Assembly (NCBI GenBank): GCA_963709475.1 | Contig: CAVPWI010000009.1 | Location: 276,625 to 340,624 of the forward strand | DNA length: 64,000 bases | Direction of reading: 5' to 3' | From: an uncultured Solirubrobacterales bacterium | GTDB taxonomy: Bacteria > Actinomycetota > Thermoleophilia > Solirubrobacterales > 70-9 | Shown here: piece by piece, positions 1 to 9,790 of the stretch | Position numbering within the stretch: the stretch's first letter is position 1 | How the letters are laid out: the number at the start of each line of letters is the position of its first letter | The notes under the pieces: generated by a model | What the model was told of the DNA's origin: nothing | The model's input: the letters and a program-made list of their open reading frames with translations, nothing else | The model's database searches: none | Made by a program: the position numbers and the translations under genes

Positions 1-2
1 AC

Positions 3-950
3 CGCAAGGTGATGACTTCGGACGGCCAGGAAGTCGAGTACGACAGCCTGCTGGTGGCGACCGGACCGAAGCTCGCCTTCGACAGGATCGACGGTCTCGG
101 CCCGGAGAATGGCTACACGCAGTCGGTCTGCAACCTGGAGCACGCGATGCTCACACGCGAGGCCTGGGAGAACTTCCTCGAGAACCCCGGGCCGGTGGTC
201 GCCGGTACCGCCCAGGGTGGCTCCTGCTTCGGCGCCTCCTACGAGTTCCTGCTCAATACTCACCACCGGATCAAGAAGGCTGGCCTCGAGAAGGAGGCAC
301 CGATGACCTTCATCACGGCCGAGCCGTTCCTCGGCCATTTCGGCCTCGGCGGGGTCTCCGACTCCCAGCAGCGGGTCGAGAAGTACTTCGACAAGCTCGG
401 TATCGAGGGCGTGCCCAACAACGTGATCAAGGAGGTCCGCGACGGCGAGATCGAGCTCGACGGTGGTCGCACCCTGCCGTTCGCGCTCTCGATGATCGTG
501 CCGCCGTTCAGTGGCGTCGACGCGGTCATGGAGACGGAAGGCCTCGGCAACGCGGCTGGATTCATCCCGGTCAACGATGAGTTCCGCCACGAAGAGGTCG
601 AGAACGTCTATGCGGCCGGGGTCGACGTCGCGGTCGCTCCGCCCCAGAAGACCGAAGTGCCGGCAGGTGTTCCGAAGACAGGCCAGATGAGCGAAGTCAT
701 GGCCAAGGTGGCGGCACAGAACATGGCTGCCGACATCCAGGGCGGCGAGCGGCGGGAGATGCCTATGTCGGAGATGGAGGCCGTCTGCATACTTGACGCC
801 GGCAACGCGGGGATCATCTTCAAGGCTGACCACGTACTGGGCGAATCCGAGCACCCCCACGTGATGGCCGGTCCCCAGGCACACTGGGCGAAGATCGCGT
901 TTGAGAAGATCTTCATGGGCAGTCGCAAACGCGGCCATCCGATCCTCTAG
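3..950 (+). CDS. NAD(P)/FAD-dependent oxidoreductase, sulfide:quinone-oxidoreductase-like (5' end cut by window edge)
   Basis: Frame is open from the window start to the stop at 950. The translation resembles the C-terminal two thirds of an SQR/pyridine-nucleotide-disulfide flavoprotein (DSLLVATGPKL, ENVYAAGVDVA). Confidence 0.6.
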   Translation, partial: RKVMTSDGQEVEYDSLLVATGPKLAFDRIDGLGPENGYTQSVCNLEHAMLTREAWENFLENPGPVVAGTAQGGSCFGASYEFLLNTHHRIKKAGLEKEAPMTFITAEPFLGHFGLGGVSDSQQRVEKYFDKLGIEGVPNNVIKEVRDGEIELDGGRTLPFALSMIVPPFSGVDAVMETEGLGNAAGFIPVNDEFRHEEVENVYAAGVDVAVAPPQKTEVPAGVPKTGQMSEVMAKVAAQNMAADIQGGERREMPMSEMEAVCILDAGNAGIIFKADHVLGESEHPHVMAGPQAHWAKIAFEKIFMGSRKRGHPIL

Positions 951-1006
951 CGGACCGGTACCCAGAAACCAGACCCACCTGCGCCAAGCGCGGACAAGGA
1001 GCAAGC

Positions 1007-1537
1007 ATGCACAACATGAACGTCCAGGCCGTCGAGCAGACGATTGCTGCCGCAAAGCAGGATCCGGCCGCAGCGGTGCAGCCGGTCGCCTTCGACGGCG
1101 AGTGGCAGACCGAAGAGGGCGCTGCCCAGTTCCGCACTGACATTCCCCTGCCCAACGGTGAGTCGGTCACTTTCGAATGTGACTACCCGCCGCACATGGG
1201 CGGCACCGGTCAGGCTCCGAACCCGCTCGCCTACTGCTTCTGGGGCGGGATCGCCTGCTTCGCGATGACTTTCGCGCAGGAAGCCGCGGTCAAGGGGGTG
1301 GAGATCCGTACGTTGCGCGCCCGCGTATCGACCGAGCTTGACATGAGTCGGGCTCTCGGCGTCAGCGAGCGGCCCCCGGTGGAAGGGATCGACTGGTACC
1401 TGGAGGTTGACGCCGATGCCTCGCCGGAACTGTTGGCCGAAATCAAGTCCGACTCCGACGAGCGCTGTCCCGGGGCCTACTGCATCAGCAACCCGATCGA
1501 GCTTCGCACCCACCTGGAACTGGTCAGCCGGGCTTGA
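1007..1537 (+). CDS. OsmC family protein
   Basis: 176-aa ORF. The OsmC/Ohr-like pattern has two conserved Cys regions (AYCFWGGIACF, ERCPGAYCI). Confidence 0.7.
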   Translation: MHNMNVQAVEQTIAAAKQDPAAAVQPVAFDGEWQTEEGAAQFRTDIPLPNGESVTFECDYPPHMGGTGQAPNPLAYCFWGGIACFAMTFAQEAAVKGVEIRTLRARVSTELDMSRALGVSERPPVEGIDWYLEVDADASPELLAEIKSDSDERCPGAYCISNPIELRTHLELVSRA

Positions 1538-2205
1538 GTACACCTTCTGCAGCCGAGGTCGAGCGCCAGGCCGACCGGGTCCACGGCAGTGGTCTCTCGG
1601 CCCGGCTGTACGACCCCTTCCTCTGGTGGGGTGAGAAGAGCGGCCTTGCGAAGAAGCGTGACCGACTGCTCGAGGGGGCGCGAGGGGAGGTGCTCGAGAT
1701 CGGTGCCGGCACCGGTCTCAACCTGAGCCACTACCCCTCCGGCCTCGAACGGCTGGTGGTAAGTGAGCCGGAGCAGCACAAGGCCGACCTCCTCCTCAGG
1801 AAAGCCGCGGACCTGGATCTGCAGGCGGAGTTCGTGCGTGCATCGGCCGAGGCGCTGCCTTTCGAGGACAACAGCTTCGACACCGTCGTGGCGACGCTCG
1901 TCTTCTGCACCGTGGGTGAACCGGAGCAGGCGATCGCCGAGGTCCGGCGGGTTCTCCGACCGGGTGGGCAGTGGTTGCTGATCGAGCACATTCGCTCCGA
2001 CCGCCCGACAGTGGGCAGGATCCAGGACAGGCTCGCCAGGCCATGGGCGGCGGTTGCCGACGGCTGCCAATGCAATCGGCGGACGATCGAGTTGATCGAG
2101 GCCGGGGGGTTCGAGGTCGAGCTCAGGAGCGTCGCTGACAAGGCGTTGATGCCGCCGATCGCCCGGCCGATCGTCGCCGGCGTGGCCCAGCCCACGACCG
2201 CCTGA
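1534..2205 (+). CDS. class I SAM-dependent methyltransferase
   Basis: SAM-binding motif I VLEIGAGTGLN and an acidic loop. The TTG start overlaps the OsmC stop (TTGA), suggesting translational coupling. Confidence 0.75.
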   Translation: MSTPSAAEVERQADRVHGSGLSARLYDPFLWWGEKSGLAKKRDRLLEGARGEVLEIGAGTGLNLSHYPSGLERLVVSEPEQHKADLLLRKAADLDLQAEFVRASAEALPFEDNSFDTVVATLVFCTVGEPEQAIAEVRRVLRPGGQWLLIEHIRSDRPTVGRIQDRLARPWAAVADGCQCNRRTIELIEAGGFEVELRSVADKALMPPIARPIVAGVAQPTTA

Positions 2206-2256
2206 GCAGACGGTCGGGCAACCCGGCCGGCCAGGCGCATCTGCGACGCTTCAACC

Positions 2257-3672
2257 ATGAGTGAAGCGGTCATCGTCGGTTCCGGTCCAAACGGTCTCAC
2301 CTGCGCTGCGGTTCTGGCCCGCGCGGGCTTCGAGGTTACGGTCTATGAGGCTGCGGAGACGATCGGCGGCGGGACCCGCAGCACCGAGCTGACCGTCCCG
2401 GGAGTGCTCCACGACCACTGCTCGGCGGTGCATCCGATGGGGGTCGCATCTCCGGTATTCGCAGACCTCGATCTGAACTCACACGGACTCGATTGGCTCT
2501 GGCCGGAGGTCGACATGGCACACCCGCTGGAAGGCGGAGCGGCCGGGGTCGTCCACCGTTCACTGGGTCAGACGGCAGCCGGACTGGGTGAAGACGGACG
2601 GGTCTGGCGGCGGCTGTTCGGCGCCTCGGTCGCAGCCTTCGACGGGCTCCGGCACGAAATCCTCGGTCCGGTGGTCCACCTGCCTCGCCACCCGGTCGAC
2701 CTCGCCCGTTTCGGCCTGCCTTCGCTGTTGCCGGCAACCGCCCTGGCCCGGGCCTTCTCGTCCGAGAGCGGCCGCGCGCTCTTCGCGGGAGCGGCGGCCC
2801 ACTCCTTCAGCCCGCTGACCCAGCCGATGAGCTCCGCCGTCGGCATGGCCCTGATCGTCTCCGGCCACAGCGGCGGCTGGCCGGTGGCCAGGGGTGGATC
2901 CAGGGCGGTCACTGACGCCCTGGCCTCGGTGATCGCCGCGGCAGGCGGCAGGATCGAGACCGGTCGCCCCGTCACCAGTCTGGACGAACTGCCTCCCGCT
3001 GACGCGGTGGTGCTGGACCTGTCGCCGACCGGAGTGATCGATCTGGCCGGCGAGCGGCTTCCCGAGAGAGTGAAACGCGCCTACAGCCGGTACCGCTACG
3101 GGCCGGGCTCCTTCAAGGTGGACCTGGCGGTCGAAGGCGGTGTTCCATGGCTGAACGAGAACTGCCGCCGGGCCGGCACCGTTCACGTCGGTGGCAGTCT
3201 CGAACAGATAGCGGACGCCGAACGGCAGGTGAACCGCGGTGTGATGCCGGAGCGCCCCTTCGTTCTCGTCTGCCAGCAGTACCTGGCCGATCCTTCGCGA
3301 TCGAACGGCGATGTGCATCCGGTCTGGGCCTACGCCCATGTGCCGGCCGGCTACCCGGGTGATGCGACCGGGGCCGTGATCGACCAGATCGAGCGCTTCG
3401 CGCCCGGACTGCGCGAACGCATCGTCGGCAGCTTCGTCCGCTCCGCACCCGAGTTCGAGAACTACAACCACAACTGGATCGGCGGCGACATCGCCACCGG
3501 GGCGAATACGCCGCGCCAGATGCTGATGCGCCCGCGGCCCGGCCTGAAGCCTTACGACACTGGTATCCCCGGTGTCTACATCTGCTCGTCAGCCACCCCG
3601 CCGGGCGGCGGGGTCCACGGCATGTGCGGGGCCAACGCCGCCGAAGCCGTCATCTCCCAGATCTCGCGCTGA
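2257..3672 (+). CDS. phytoene-desaturase-family NAD(P)/FAD-dependent oxidoreductase
   Basis: N-terminal dinucleotide fold VIVGSGPNGLTCAAVLARAG..V.V.E. 471 aa with a C-terminal PPGGGVHGMCG motif typical of CrtI-like enzymes. Confidence 0.7.
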   Translation: MSEAVIVGSGPNGLTCAAVLARAGFEVTVYEAAETIGGGTRSTELTVPGVLHDHCSAVHPMGVASPVFADLDLNSHGLDWLWPEVDMAHPLEGGAAGVVHRSLGQTAAGLGEDGRVWRRLFGASVAAFDGLRHEILGPVVHLPRHPVDLARFGLPSLLPATALARAFSSESGRALFAGAAAHSFSPLTQPMSSAVGMALIVSGHSGGWPVARGGSRAVTDALASVIAAAGGRIETGRPVTSLDELPPADAVVLDLSPTGVIDLAGERLPERVKRAYSRYRYGPGSFKVDLAVEGGVPWLNENCRRAGTVHVGGSLEQIADAERQVNRGVMPERPFVLVCQQYLADPSRSNGDVHPVWAYAHVPAGYPGDATGAVIDQIERFAPGLRERIVGSFVRSAPEFENYNHNWIGGDIATGANTPRQMLMRPRPGLKPYDTGIPGVYICSSATPPGGGVHGMCGANAAEAVISQISR

Positions 3673-3684
3673 GCCGGAGTCGAC

Positions 3685-4827
3685 TCAGGGGCGTGCTCTG
3701 AGCACCTTCTGCGCAGAAGAGGCCTCCCTGCCAGGTGATGTTGCTGTCGCCTGGATCCGTATTCGGACCGGTCGCTTGGCACGCCTGAGCGCGGCTTTCA
3801 CCTTGGCGGTGACCCGGATCGGGATTGCGACGGACTTACCGGCGAGGGTGGCCCTCCGCTTTCCGCTGCCGATCTTGATCAGCGATGCCTTGCCGCGCGG
3901 CTTCAGGCCGAGTTTGCGAGCGTCGGAGCGATTCAGCTTTGCGACCGTCCGGCAGGTTCCCTCGACCGTGGTGGTGCAGGAGGTTTTGATCGCACCCTTG
4001 CGGGCGATCTTCCTGAGCGACTGCTTCGGTACGCGAACCTTCACGCCGAGCTTTCCGGAGCCCTGCCCATCCCTGGGCGGGAATACGAAGAGGTGCTGGT
4101 AGGCCCCGCTGGCCGGCGCTCCGGAACTCCAGGAGAAGAAGTCATCCGGCCGCGACTCGCCGTTGATCGTGGTCACGCTGGCGACGACGCAGACGCATCC
4201 CTTCGGGTCGCCGAAGCCATTCATCTGGCGGTCGGCGACTACGGGCAACTGGATCTCGAGGCCGGTTCCCTGGGCGAGAAGCCAGAGGGGGGAGCCGTAG
4301 CCGGCGCCAGGATCAAGGCTGTACCAAGTGGAGATCGACGGGTGGTTCGTCAAGCCGGATCTGACCGATTCGGGACAGCCCTGGGCCTGAGTCACCTGGT
4401 TCCAGTTGGTGAAGTCGGGTGAGAAGTAGCACCTGATCGGGTTTGCCTGCGAGACAGCGGGTCGAACACCGGGCGGAAGGGCCACCTCGATGCGCGGAGC
4501 GGTCCCCGCGCATTCGTTGCCGACGGTACCCACCACGACATGGACATCGAAGATCTCTCCGGGGACCGGCGAGAGCCTCGCGGGGTCGTCGTCCAGGTAC
4601 TGCCCCGTGTAGACCGCGATTTCATTCTCCAGATACCCGGGTGGGTTGATGATCGCCGACTGGCAGTTGACATTCTGAACGTCGTTGGCGACAACCCCGT
4701 CGCTCCATCTCGCCGCCGCGGCCGCTCCGGCGGTGAGCAGCAAACCGAGCACAAGGCCCGCAGCAACAGCCAGCGATGCTCTGAATCCGAACGATGTCCT
4801 TCGCGTCAACTCTGTCCCCATTCTCAA
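3685..4827 (-). CDS. hypothetical exported protein with Lys/Arg-rich C-terminal region
   Basis: 380-aa ORF with an N-terminal signal-like segment (LAVAAGLVLGLLLTAGAAAAA), several Cys residues and a basic repetitive tail. I recognise no family. Confidence 0.55.
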   Translation of the reverse strand: MRMGTELTRRTSFGFRASLAVAAGLVLGLLLTAGAAAAARWSDGVVANDVQNVNCQSAIINPPGYLENEIAVYTGQYLDDDPARLSPVPGEIFDVHVVVGTVGNECAGTAPRIEVALPPGVRPAVSQANPIRCYFSPDFTNWNQVTQAQGCPESVRSGLTNHPSISTWYSLDPGAGYGSPLWLLAQGTGLEIQLPVVADRQMNGFGDPKGCVCVVASVTTINGESRPDDFFSWSSGAPASGAYQHLFVFPPRDGQGSGKLGVKVRVPKQSLRKIARKGAIKTSCTTTVEGTCRTVAKLNRSDARKLGLKPRGKASLIKIGSGKRRATLAGKSVAIPIRVTAKVKAALRRAKRPVRIRIQATATSPGREASSAQKVLRARP

Positions 4828-4872
4828 GCGACTACCGCTAAGAAACGATGCTAGGTCAGGTGCCGGTCGCCG

Positions 4873-5406
4873 TCAAGTCGGGTCGCTCCGGGCGCCGGCG
4901 CTACCGTTCGCGCCTACTTCGACCTCGTCCAGTTCGTGAGTCTCTACGTTGTAGATGAAGCCTCGGACCCGGTCCCGGTGAAGCAGGAAATCGGAGCGGC
5001 GGACCCTCAGGATCGACTGCTTCACGTCGGCCACCGGGTCGGTGAACGACTCGATCGCGAAGGCCGGTGCGACCCCGGTGGCCTCCTGGAGCTCGGCCCG
5101 GAATCCGTCGTCGGTCAGCGTCTGCATGCCGCAGTCGGTGTGGTGGATCAGCATGATCCTCACCGTTCCGAGCAGCCGCTGCGAGATCGCCAGCGAACGG
5201 ATCACGTCGTCGGTGATCACGCCACCGGCATTTCGCAGGACGTGGGCCTCACCGTGCTTGAGGCCGAGCGCCTGGAAGACGTCGAGCCGGGAGTCCATGC
5301 AGGTGACGATGGCCAGTTGCCGGCTCGGCTTGAGGTCGAGCCGCTGGTCGGGCGTCGAGTCGGCGAACTCCCGGTTGTTTGCGAGAAGTTCTTCTATTAC
5401 GTTCAT
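4873..5406 (-). CDS. beta-class carbonic anhydrase
   Basis: Zinc-ligand motifs CMDSR and HHTDCG. Size of 177 aa fits. Confidence 0.85.
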   Translation of the reverse strand: MNVIEELLANNREFADSTPDQRLDLKPSRQLAIVTCMDSRLDVFQALGLKHGEAHVLRNAGGVITDDVIRSLAISQRLLGTVRIMLIHHTDCGMQTLTDDGFRAELQEATGVAPAFAIESFTDPVADVKQSILRVRRSDFLLHRDRVRGFIYNVETHELDEVEVGANGSAGARSDPT

Positions 5407-5441
5407 GGCTTGCTGCCGCTTTCCGGCCGTGCCGGAGAGGT

Positions 5442-5942
5442 CTAGTTGATCGAGACCATGTCGACGATGAAGACCAGGGTCGCGTTCGCCGGGATTGAGG
5501 GCGGGCTTCCCTGGGCGCCGTAGCCGAGGTCGGGCGGGATGATCAGCTCGCGCCGTCCGCCGGCTTTCATGCCGACCAGGCCCTGGTCCCAGCCTTCGAT
5601 CACGGTACCGCCACCGAGTGTCAGCTCGAAAGGCTCGCCGCGATCCCAGGAGGCGTCGAACTCCTCGGCCGTGTCGTAGAGCGCACCGACGTACTGGACG
5701 GTGACGCTGTCGCCGTCCTTGGCGGCCGGGCCTTCGCCTTCGACGATGTCGTTGGTGACCAGTTCGGTCGGTGCCGCCTCATCCGAGGCCTCGACAACCG
5801 GCTTGACCGTCGTATCGGTCAGGTCCCCTGACGACGAGGAGCTGTCATCCGAGCCTCCCGCGATCAGTACGACCGCGACTATCACGGCGAGCAGGGCAGA
5901 GGCAGAGATGAGTGTGACGATTCGACGGTCCATGGCGGCCAT
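5442..5942 (-). CDS. FKBP-type peptidyl-prolyl cis-trans isomerase (membrane-anchored/exported)
   Basis: C-terminal FKBP domain (VQYVGALYD...FDASWDRGEPF...VIEGWDQGLVGMKAGGRREL.IPP.LGYG) with an N-terminal TM/signal segment. Confidence 0.9.
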   Translation of the reverse strand: MAAMDRRIVTLISASALLAVIVAVVLIAGGSDDSSSSSGDLTDTTVKPVVEASDEAAPTELVTNDIVEGEGPAAKDGDSVTVQYVGALYDTAEEFDASWDRGEPFELTLGGGTVIEGWDQGLVGMKAGGRRELIIPPDLGYGAQGSPPSIPANATLVFIVDMVSIN

Positions 5943-5966
5943 ACTAGTTTGAAGAGGCCGTAACCG

Positions 5967-7079
5967 TCAGGAGGCGGACCGGGGTGAGACGGTCCAGCCT
6001 TCGGCCGGATGGACGCTGCCGGTGATCATTTCCTTCCATGTCGAATCGATTCCTTCCGGTCCGTGTGCCGTCCGGATCTCCAGCCACTGGTGGCTCGAGT
6101 CGATGAAATCGTTCTGGGCTTCGGCTACGCGGCGTCGGACCTCGGCCGCTCCCCAGTCTTCGTTTCGCTTGGCGACCCGGGTCGGAGCGAAAAAGAGCTC
6201 CGGCGCGGGGCCGGTCAGTGGCGTGCCTTCGCCCGCCGGCGCGAGCTGCTCCCAGTCGGCTGCTCCGACGACGGTGCTGTTGACCAGCGAGTCACCGAGG
6301 TGGCGGTGGATCCGCTCGCGCAGGCCGGCGTTGCCGGAGAAGTCGAGATAGGCCGTCGGCTCGGTCTGGCTGAGGTCGGCGAGCGTCTCGTAGCTGACCA
6401 CCTTGTCGTAGTAGCCGGTACCGGCGACGAAGTCCATGTTGCCGGTCGAGGTCAGTCCGATCAGCTCGACCTCGCCTTTGCTGAAGCGCTGGATCGACCA
6501 GGCGAGCCCGAGCGCGGTCTTGCTCGAGGCGCTTGAGATCAGCAGGCGCCGGGCACCGAAGAACTCCATCTCGTTGAGCCAGTCGTGCGCGAGGAAGGCG
6601 GTCGTGAAAAGCGGGGCGAACAGGGCGATCGAGGGCTCGCGTTCCGGAGTGTCGCCGGAGGCCGCGGTGGCGAAGCCGTACCGGTTGTAAACCGCCGGCA
6701 ACTCGGTCCGGTGTGCCGCCTGGTCGACGAAGCCGGTTTCGGAGACCTTGCCCGGTTCGAAGACGACGTGGCTGGCCATCGGAAAGAAGCCGAATACCCG
6801 GGCACCGGCCTCGACGCCCTCTGCCTCTGACCTGACGACGTCGGCATAGCCCCAGGCCGGCACCTTGCCCCAGCCTTCCGGTGCCGGGAAGAACTCGAAG
6901 TACTTCATCGCCTCGCCCATCGCTCCGTAAGTGACGTTGTTCGCGGTCAGCGAGAAGGTGTCGATCGCCAGAAGGACCTCGCCGTCAGCGAGCGCGATTT
7001 CCGCGTCGTCCGGACCGGGCCGGATCTCGGTCGTGCCCAGGTCGCCGCGCTTCACAAGAAAATCGAAAGTTTCGCTCAT
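5967..7079 (-). CDS. DUF2855 family protein
   Basis: 370 aa. The N-terminal pattern FSLTANNVTYGAMGEAMKYFEFFP...WGYADVV matches my memory of DUF2855. Confidence 0.6.
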   Translation of the reverse strand: MSETFDFLVKRGDLGTTEIRPGPDDAEIALADGEVLLAIDTFSLTANNVTYGAMGEAMKYFEFFPAPEGWGKVPAWGYADVVRSEAEGVEAGARVFGFFPMASHVVFEPGKVSETGFVDQAAHRTELPAVYNRYGFATAASGDTPEREPSIALFAPLFTTAFLAHDWLNEMEFFGARRLLISSASSKTALGLAWSIQRFSKGEVELIGLTSTGNMDFVAGTGYYDKVVSYETLADLSQTEPTAYLDFSGNAGLRERIHRHLGDSLVNSTVVGAADWEQLAPAGEGTPLTGPAPELFFAPTRVAKRNEDWGAAEVRRRVAEAQNDFIDSSHQWLEIRTAHGPEGIDSTWKEMITGSVHPAEGWTVSPRSAS

Positions 7080-7099
7080 GGGTCGAGCGTATCCTCTCG

Positions 7100-8014
7100 T
7101 CAGGCGCCGCTGAGTGCTTCACCCGGTTCGCGGGCGGCCGGGTGGAGCCTGACCACGTCCGGCCACAGCCGACTCGCGATTCTGAGCTGCAGCAGCGAGC
7201 TCTTCAGGAGCGTCTCTCTCGCCGGGTCCCAGGAGAAGCCGTACATCTCGCGGATCTGCTTCGGCAGGAAGCCGACCGAGCTCAGCTTGATCGCTTCGCT
7301 GACCGGAGTCAGGACCAGCTTCATCCAACCGTCGAACGGCGGATCGAAGATGATCGCCTTCGACTTGTCCCGGACCTCCTCCGAGATGTAGAGGCTGCCG
7401 TCCTCGAGTCGTCCCTTCACGTACTCGCGCAGTTCGGGCTCGCTGGCCGGCATCGAGTCAGCGGGCATCCCCAGCAGCATCCCGATCTGCCGGTAGTCCG
7501 ACCAGTAAGCCTCACGCTGCTCAGGTTCGAGCTTTCCGAAGACCCGCTCCTGGTAGAGCAGGGCCGAATCGGCCAGGGTGGCGAGCGTCCAGAGCATCAG
7601 CTCCGGGTCGGCCGCGGAGTACTTCGTGCCGGCCGGGATCGGACCGTAATCCTCCTTCACGGTCCCTTTCACCTTCCGGTGCATGGCCTGGATCTCCTCG
7701 CCGGTCCGCCGGGCCAGGTCACGGTCGCCGAAGTACATACGGCTCATCCTCCGGTCGGTGCTCATCAGCCTCGTCCTCGGATCGTCGAAGAGGATCGAGT
7801 GTCTGCGGAACCCGACAACCGCCAGTGGGTCGCAGGCCTGCATCAGCAGCGCCCTAACACCCGAGAAGGCGATCAGCCGCTCGGAGTGGAGCTGGCGGAT
7901 CATGCTGTCGGCGGGGAAGTAGCCGTCAACCTCGCGGGCGGCCGCCTCGCTTTCTTCGCTCTGGCCGATGCCGAGCGGGGAAAGCAGTCCGAATACCCTC
8001 AGCGCGGTGTCCAT
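7100..8014 (-). CDS. MpaB/DUF2236-family oxygenase
   Basis: 304 aa with a DUF2236-like core (RALLMQACDPLAVVGF..HS.LFDDPRTRL..T...M..MYFGD). Confidence 0.6.
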   Translation of the reverse strand: MDTALRVFGLLSPLGIGQSEESEAAAREVDGYFPADSMIRQLHSERLIAFSGVRALLMQACDPLAVVGFRRHSILFDDPRTRLMSTDRRMSRMYFGDRDLARRTGEEIQAMHRKVKGTVKEDYGPIPAGTKYSAADPELMLWTLATLADSALLYQERVFGKLEPEQREAYWSDYRQIGMLLGMPADSMPASEPELREYVKGRLEDGSLYISEEVRDKSKAIIFDPPFDGWMKLVLTPVSEAIKLSSVGFLPKQIREMYGFSWDPARETLLKSSLLQLRIASRLWPDVVRLHPAAREPGEALSGA

Positions 8015-8015
8015 C

Positions 8016-9272
8016 TCAGACCGGTGCTCCCGCGGTCTCGAGGACCGCCTCGGCAGTCTTGCGACCGGAGACGAGTGCTCCCTGAATCGAAGGTGACTCG
8101 CGGTGGTCGCCGCAGACCAGGATCCCCGAATCGAGCCGTGGCGGGAGCCCGCCTCTCTCGAAACGTCCCGGCGCGAAGTCGGGCAGGGCGTACTCCACCC
8201 GGCGGGTCGCCAGATGGTTCCAGTCTGCGACCGTATCCCGGCCGAACCAGCCGGCCAGTTGACCGGTCACCGCTTCCAGCAGGTCTTCACGGACCGCCTG
8301 TTCGCCGGCGGCGCTGACCGAGACGAGCGAGCGTCCGCGGGGCGCGTATCCGTCGGCGACGGAACTGGGGATGGCCAACTCGTTGACCGGACCTTCGCCG
8401 GGGGGTGCGAGGACCAGCAGTCGGCCGTTCAGGTCCTGCTCGGGAGCGTCGAAGTAGACGCAGGTCGTGGTCCGGTTGACCGCGGGCGGATCGCTGCCGA
8501 GCAGACGACAGGCCTCGCGTTCTTCGGTGGCGACGATCACTGCTGCCGCGTCGATCCAGTCGCTGTCTTCCAGACGGACTCCGTCCGGACGGATCTCGGC
8601 CACCGGGTGCCCCAGCCGGACGGTGCCCGGCTTCAGTCGGCCGGCAAGCTGTTCGGCCATCGCGCCCATGCCGCCCGATGGCAACGCCGCCGAGCCGGAG
8701 GCAAAGCAACGGAAGAAGATCTCCATCAGCCGGCTGGAGGTGCCGAGGTCGGGGTCGATGAACACCCCGCCGAAGAACGGCTTGAAGAAGCGCTCGATGA
8801 CACCATCGGAAAACCCACGCTCCTCGAGGGCCTGCCGCGCCGGGCGATCCGGGCGGGAGAGGATCGGGTCCGGCTGGCTGGCGACCAGGTCCTGGCGCAT
8901 CCAGCCAAGCCTCAGCTTGTCGGAGAGGGTTCCCACCGGGGAGCCGAGGACCCTTGGGGTCGAGCGGGGCCGGCGAATCGGGTCGGAGAACAGTTCGAAG
9001 CCGCCGTCCATCCTCACCATCGCGCCCGGTTCGAATTCACCGAGTCCGAGCGCGTCGTAGTCGAGGGCGCGACGGGCCTCGGGGTATGCGGTCAGCAGGA
9101 CCTGGAAGCCGCGGTCGAGCCTGAAGCCGTCGACGGTATCGGTGCGGGCGCGGCCACCGACCCCGTCGGAGGCTTCATAAACAGCCACTTCGCGGCCCTG
9201 CTCCTCCAGCAGTCCGGCGCAACGGAGTCCGGCCAGGCCGGCACCGATGATGGCGACCGGCCCCTTGCTCAC
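8016..9272 (-). CDS. NAD(P)/FAD-dependent oxidoreductase (amine-oxidase/phytoene-desaturase-like)
   Basis: N-terminal VAIIGAGLAGLRCAGLLEEQGREVAVYEASDGVGGR Rossmann motif. Lies 1 nt upstream of the MpaB gene. Confidence 0.75.
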   Translation of the reverse strand: MSKGPVAIIGAGLAGLRCAGLLEEQGREVAVYEASDGVGGRARTDTVDGFRLDRGFQVLLTAYPEARRALDYDALGLGEFEPGAMVRMDGGFELFSDPIRRPRSTPRVLGSPVGTLSDKLRLGWMRQDLVASQPDPILSRPDRPARQALEERGFSDGVIERFFKPFFGGVFIDPDLGTSSRLMEIFFRCFASGSAALPSGGMGAMAEQLAGRLKPGTVRLGHPVAEIRPDGVRLEDSDWIDAAAVIVATEEREACRLLGSDPPAVNRTTTCVYFDAPEQDLNGRLLVLAPPGEGPVNELAIPSSVADGYAPRGRSLVSVSAAGEQAVREDLLEAVTGQLAGWFGRDTVADWNHLATRRVEYALPDFAPGRFERGGLPPRLDSGILVCGDHRESPSIQGALVSGRKTAEAVLETAGAPV

Positions 9273-9751
9273 TTCGCCTTCAGTGCGTCCTTCAGACTCT
9301 CCGCGGCCCGGTCGCCGACCTTGTTGAAGATCAGGCCGAAGACCGGGTCCAGCACCTTTGCAAGCCCGCTCGTCAGGATGCTGGCCTGGTAGCTGACCAC
9401 GCTGCCTTCGCCGTCGGCCTCGAAGGTCATGACGTCTTCGATGTCGGCAAGGCCGGTACCGCTCTTCAGGACCACCCGGTTCGGGCGCTCGATCTCGATC
9501 GTCTCGTAGGTCAGAGTGAGGTCGCGTCCGGCGAAACCGGTCACCACCTTGTACTTCGCACCTACCTCGTAGGGGCTGCCTTCGGTGAGGTCAGACGACT
9601 TCGTATTCGCATCCCATTCCGGGGCATTGCTGAAGTCGGCCAGGAAGTTGAAGACCTCGTCGACGGACATCGGACTCTTGATCGTTGTCTTGTAAGTGGC
9701 CATGTCCGCCAATAATGACTTATCCGCCGGCTCGGCCTGTGCGATCGGCAC
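9269..9751 (-). CDS. SRPBCC family (polyketide cyclase/dehydrase-like) protein
   Basis: About 145-160 aa with a START/Bet v1-like pattern. Its stop overlaps the downstream oxidoreductase start. An alternative ATG start is at 9703 (MATYKTT...). Confidence 0.6.
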   Translation of the reverse strand: MPIAQAEPADKSLLADMATYKTTIKSPMSVDEVFNFLADFSNAPEWDANTKSSDLTEGSPYEVGAKYKVVTGFAGRDLTLTYETIEIERPNRVVLKSGTGLADIEDVMTFEADGEGSVVSYQASILTSGLAKVLDPVFGLIFNKVGDRAAESLKDALKAK

Positions 9752-9790
9752 AGTTCCGGTCGGCGATGCGGCGGTCGCTACGATCGCCTG

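Noticed and set aside
7142-9392. Long plus-strand ORFs 7142..8317 and 8103..9392
   Set aside because: They are antisense to the MpaB and amine-oxidase genes and have Arg/Pro/Gly-rich composition with no motifs. The same reasoning rejects 55896..57044, 17887..18780, 20150..20908, 20293..21546, 25807..26424, 27018..27866, 29938..30831, 45051..46244, 45160..45996, 49108..50238, 59011..59808 and 61477..62199.
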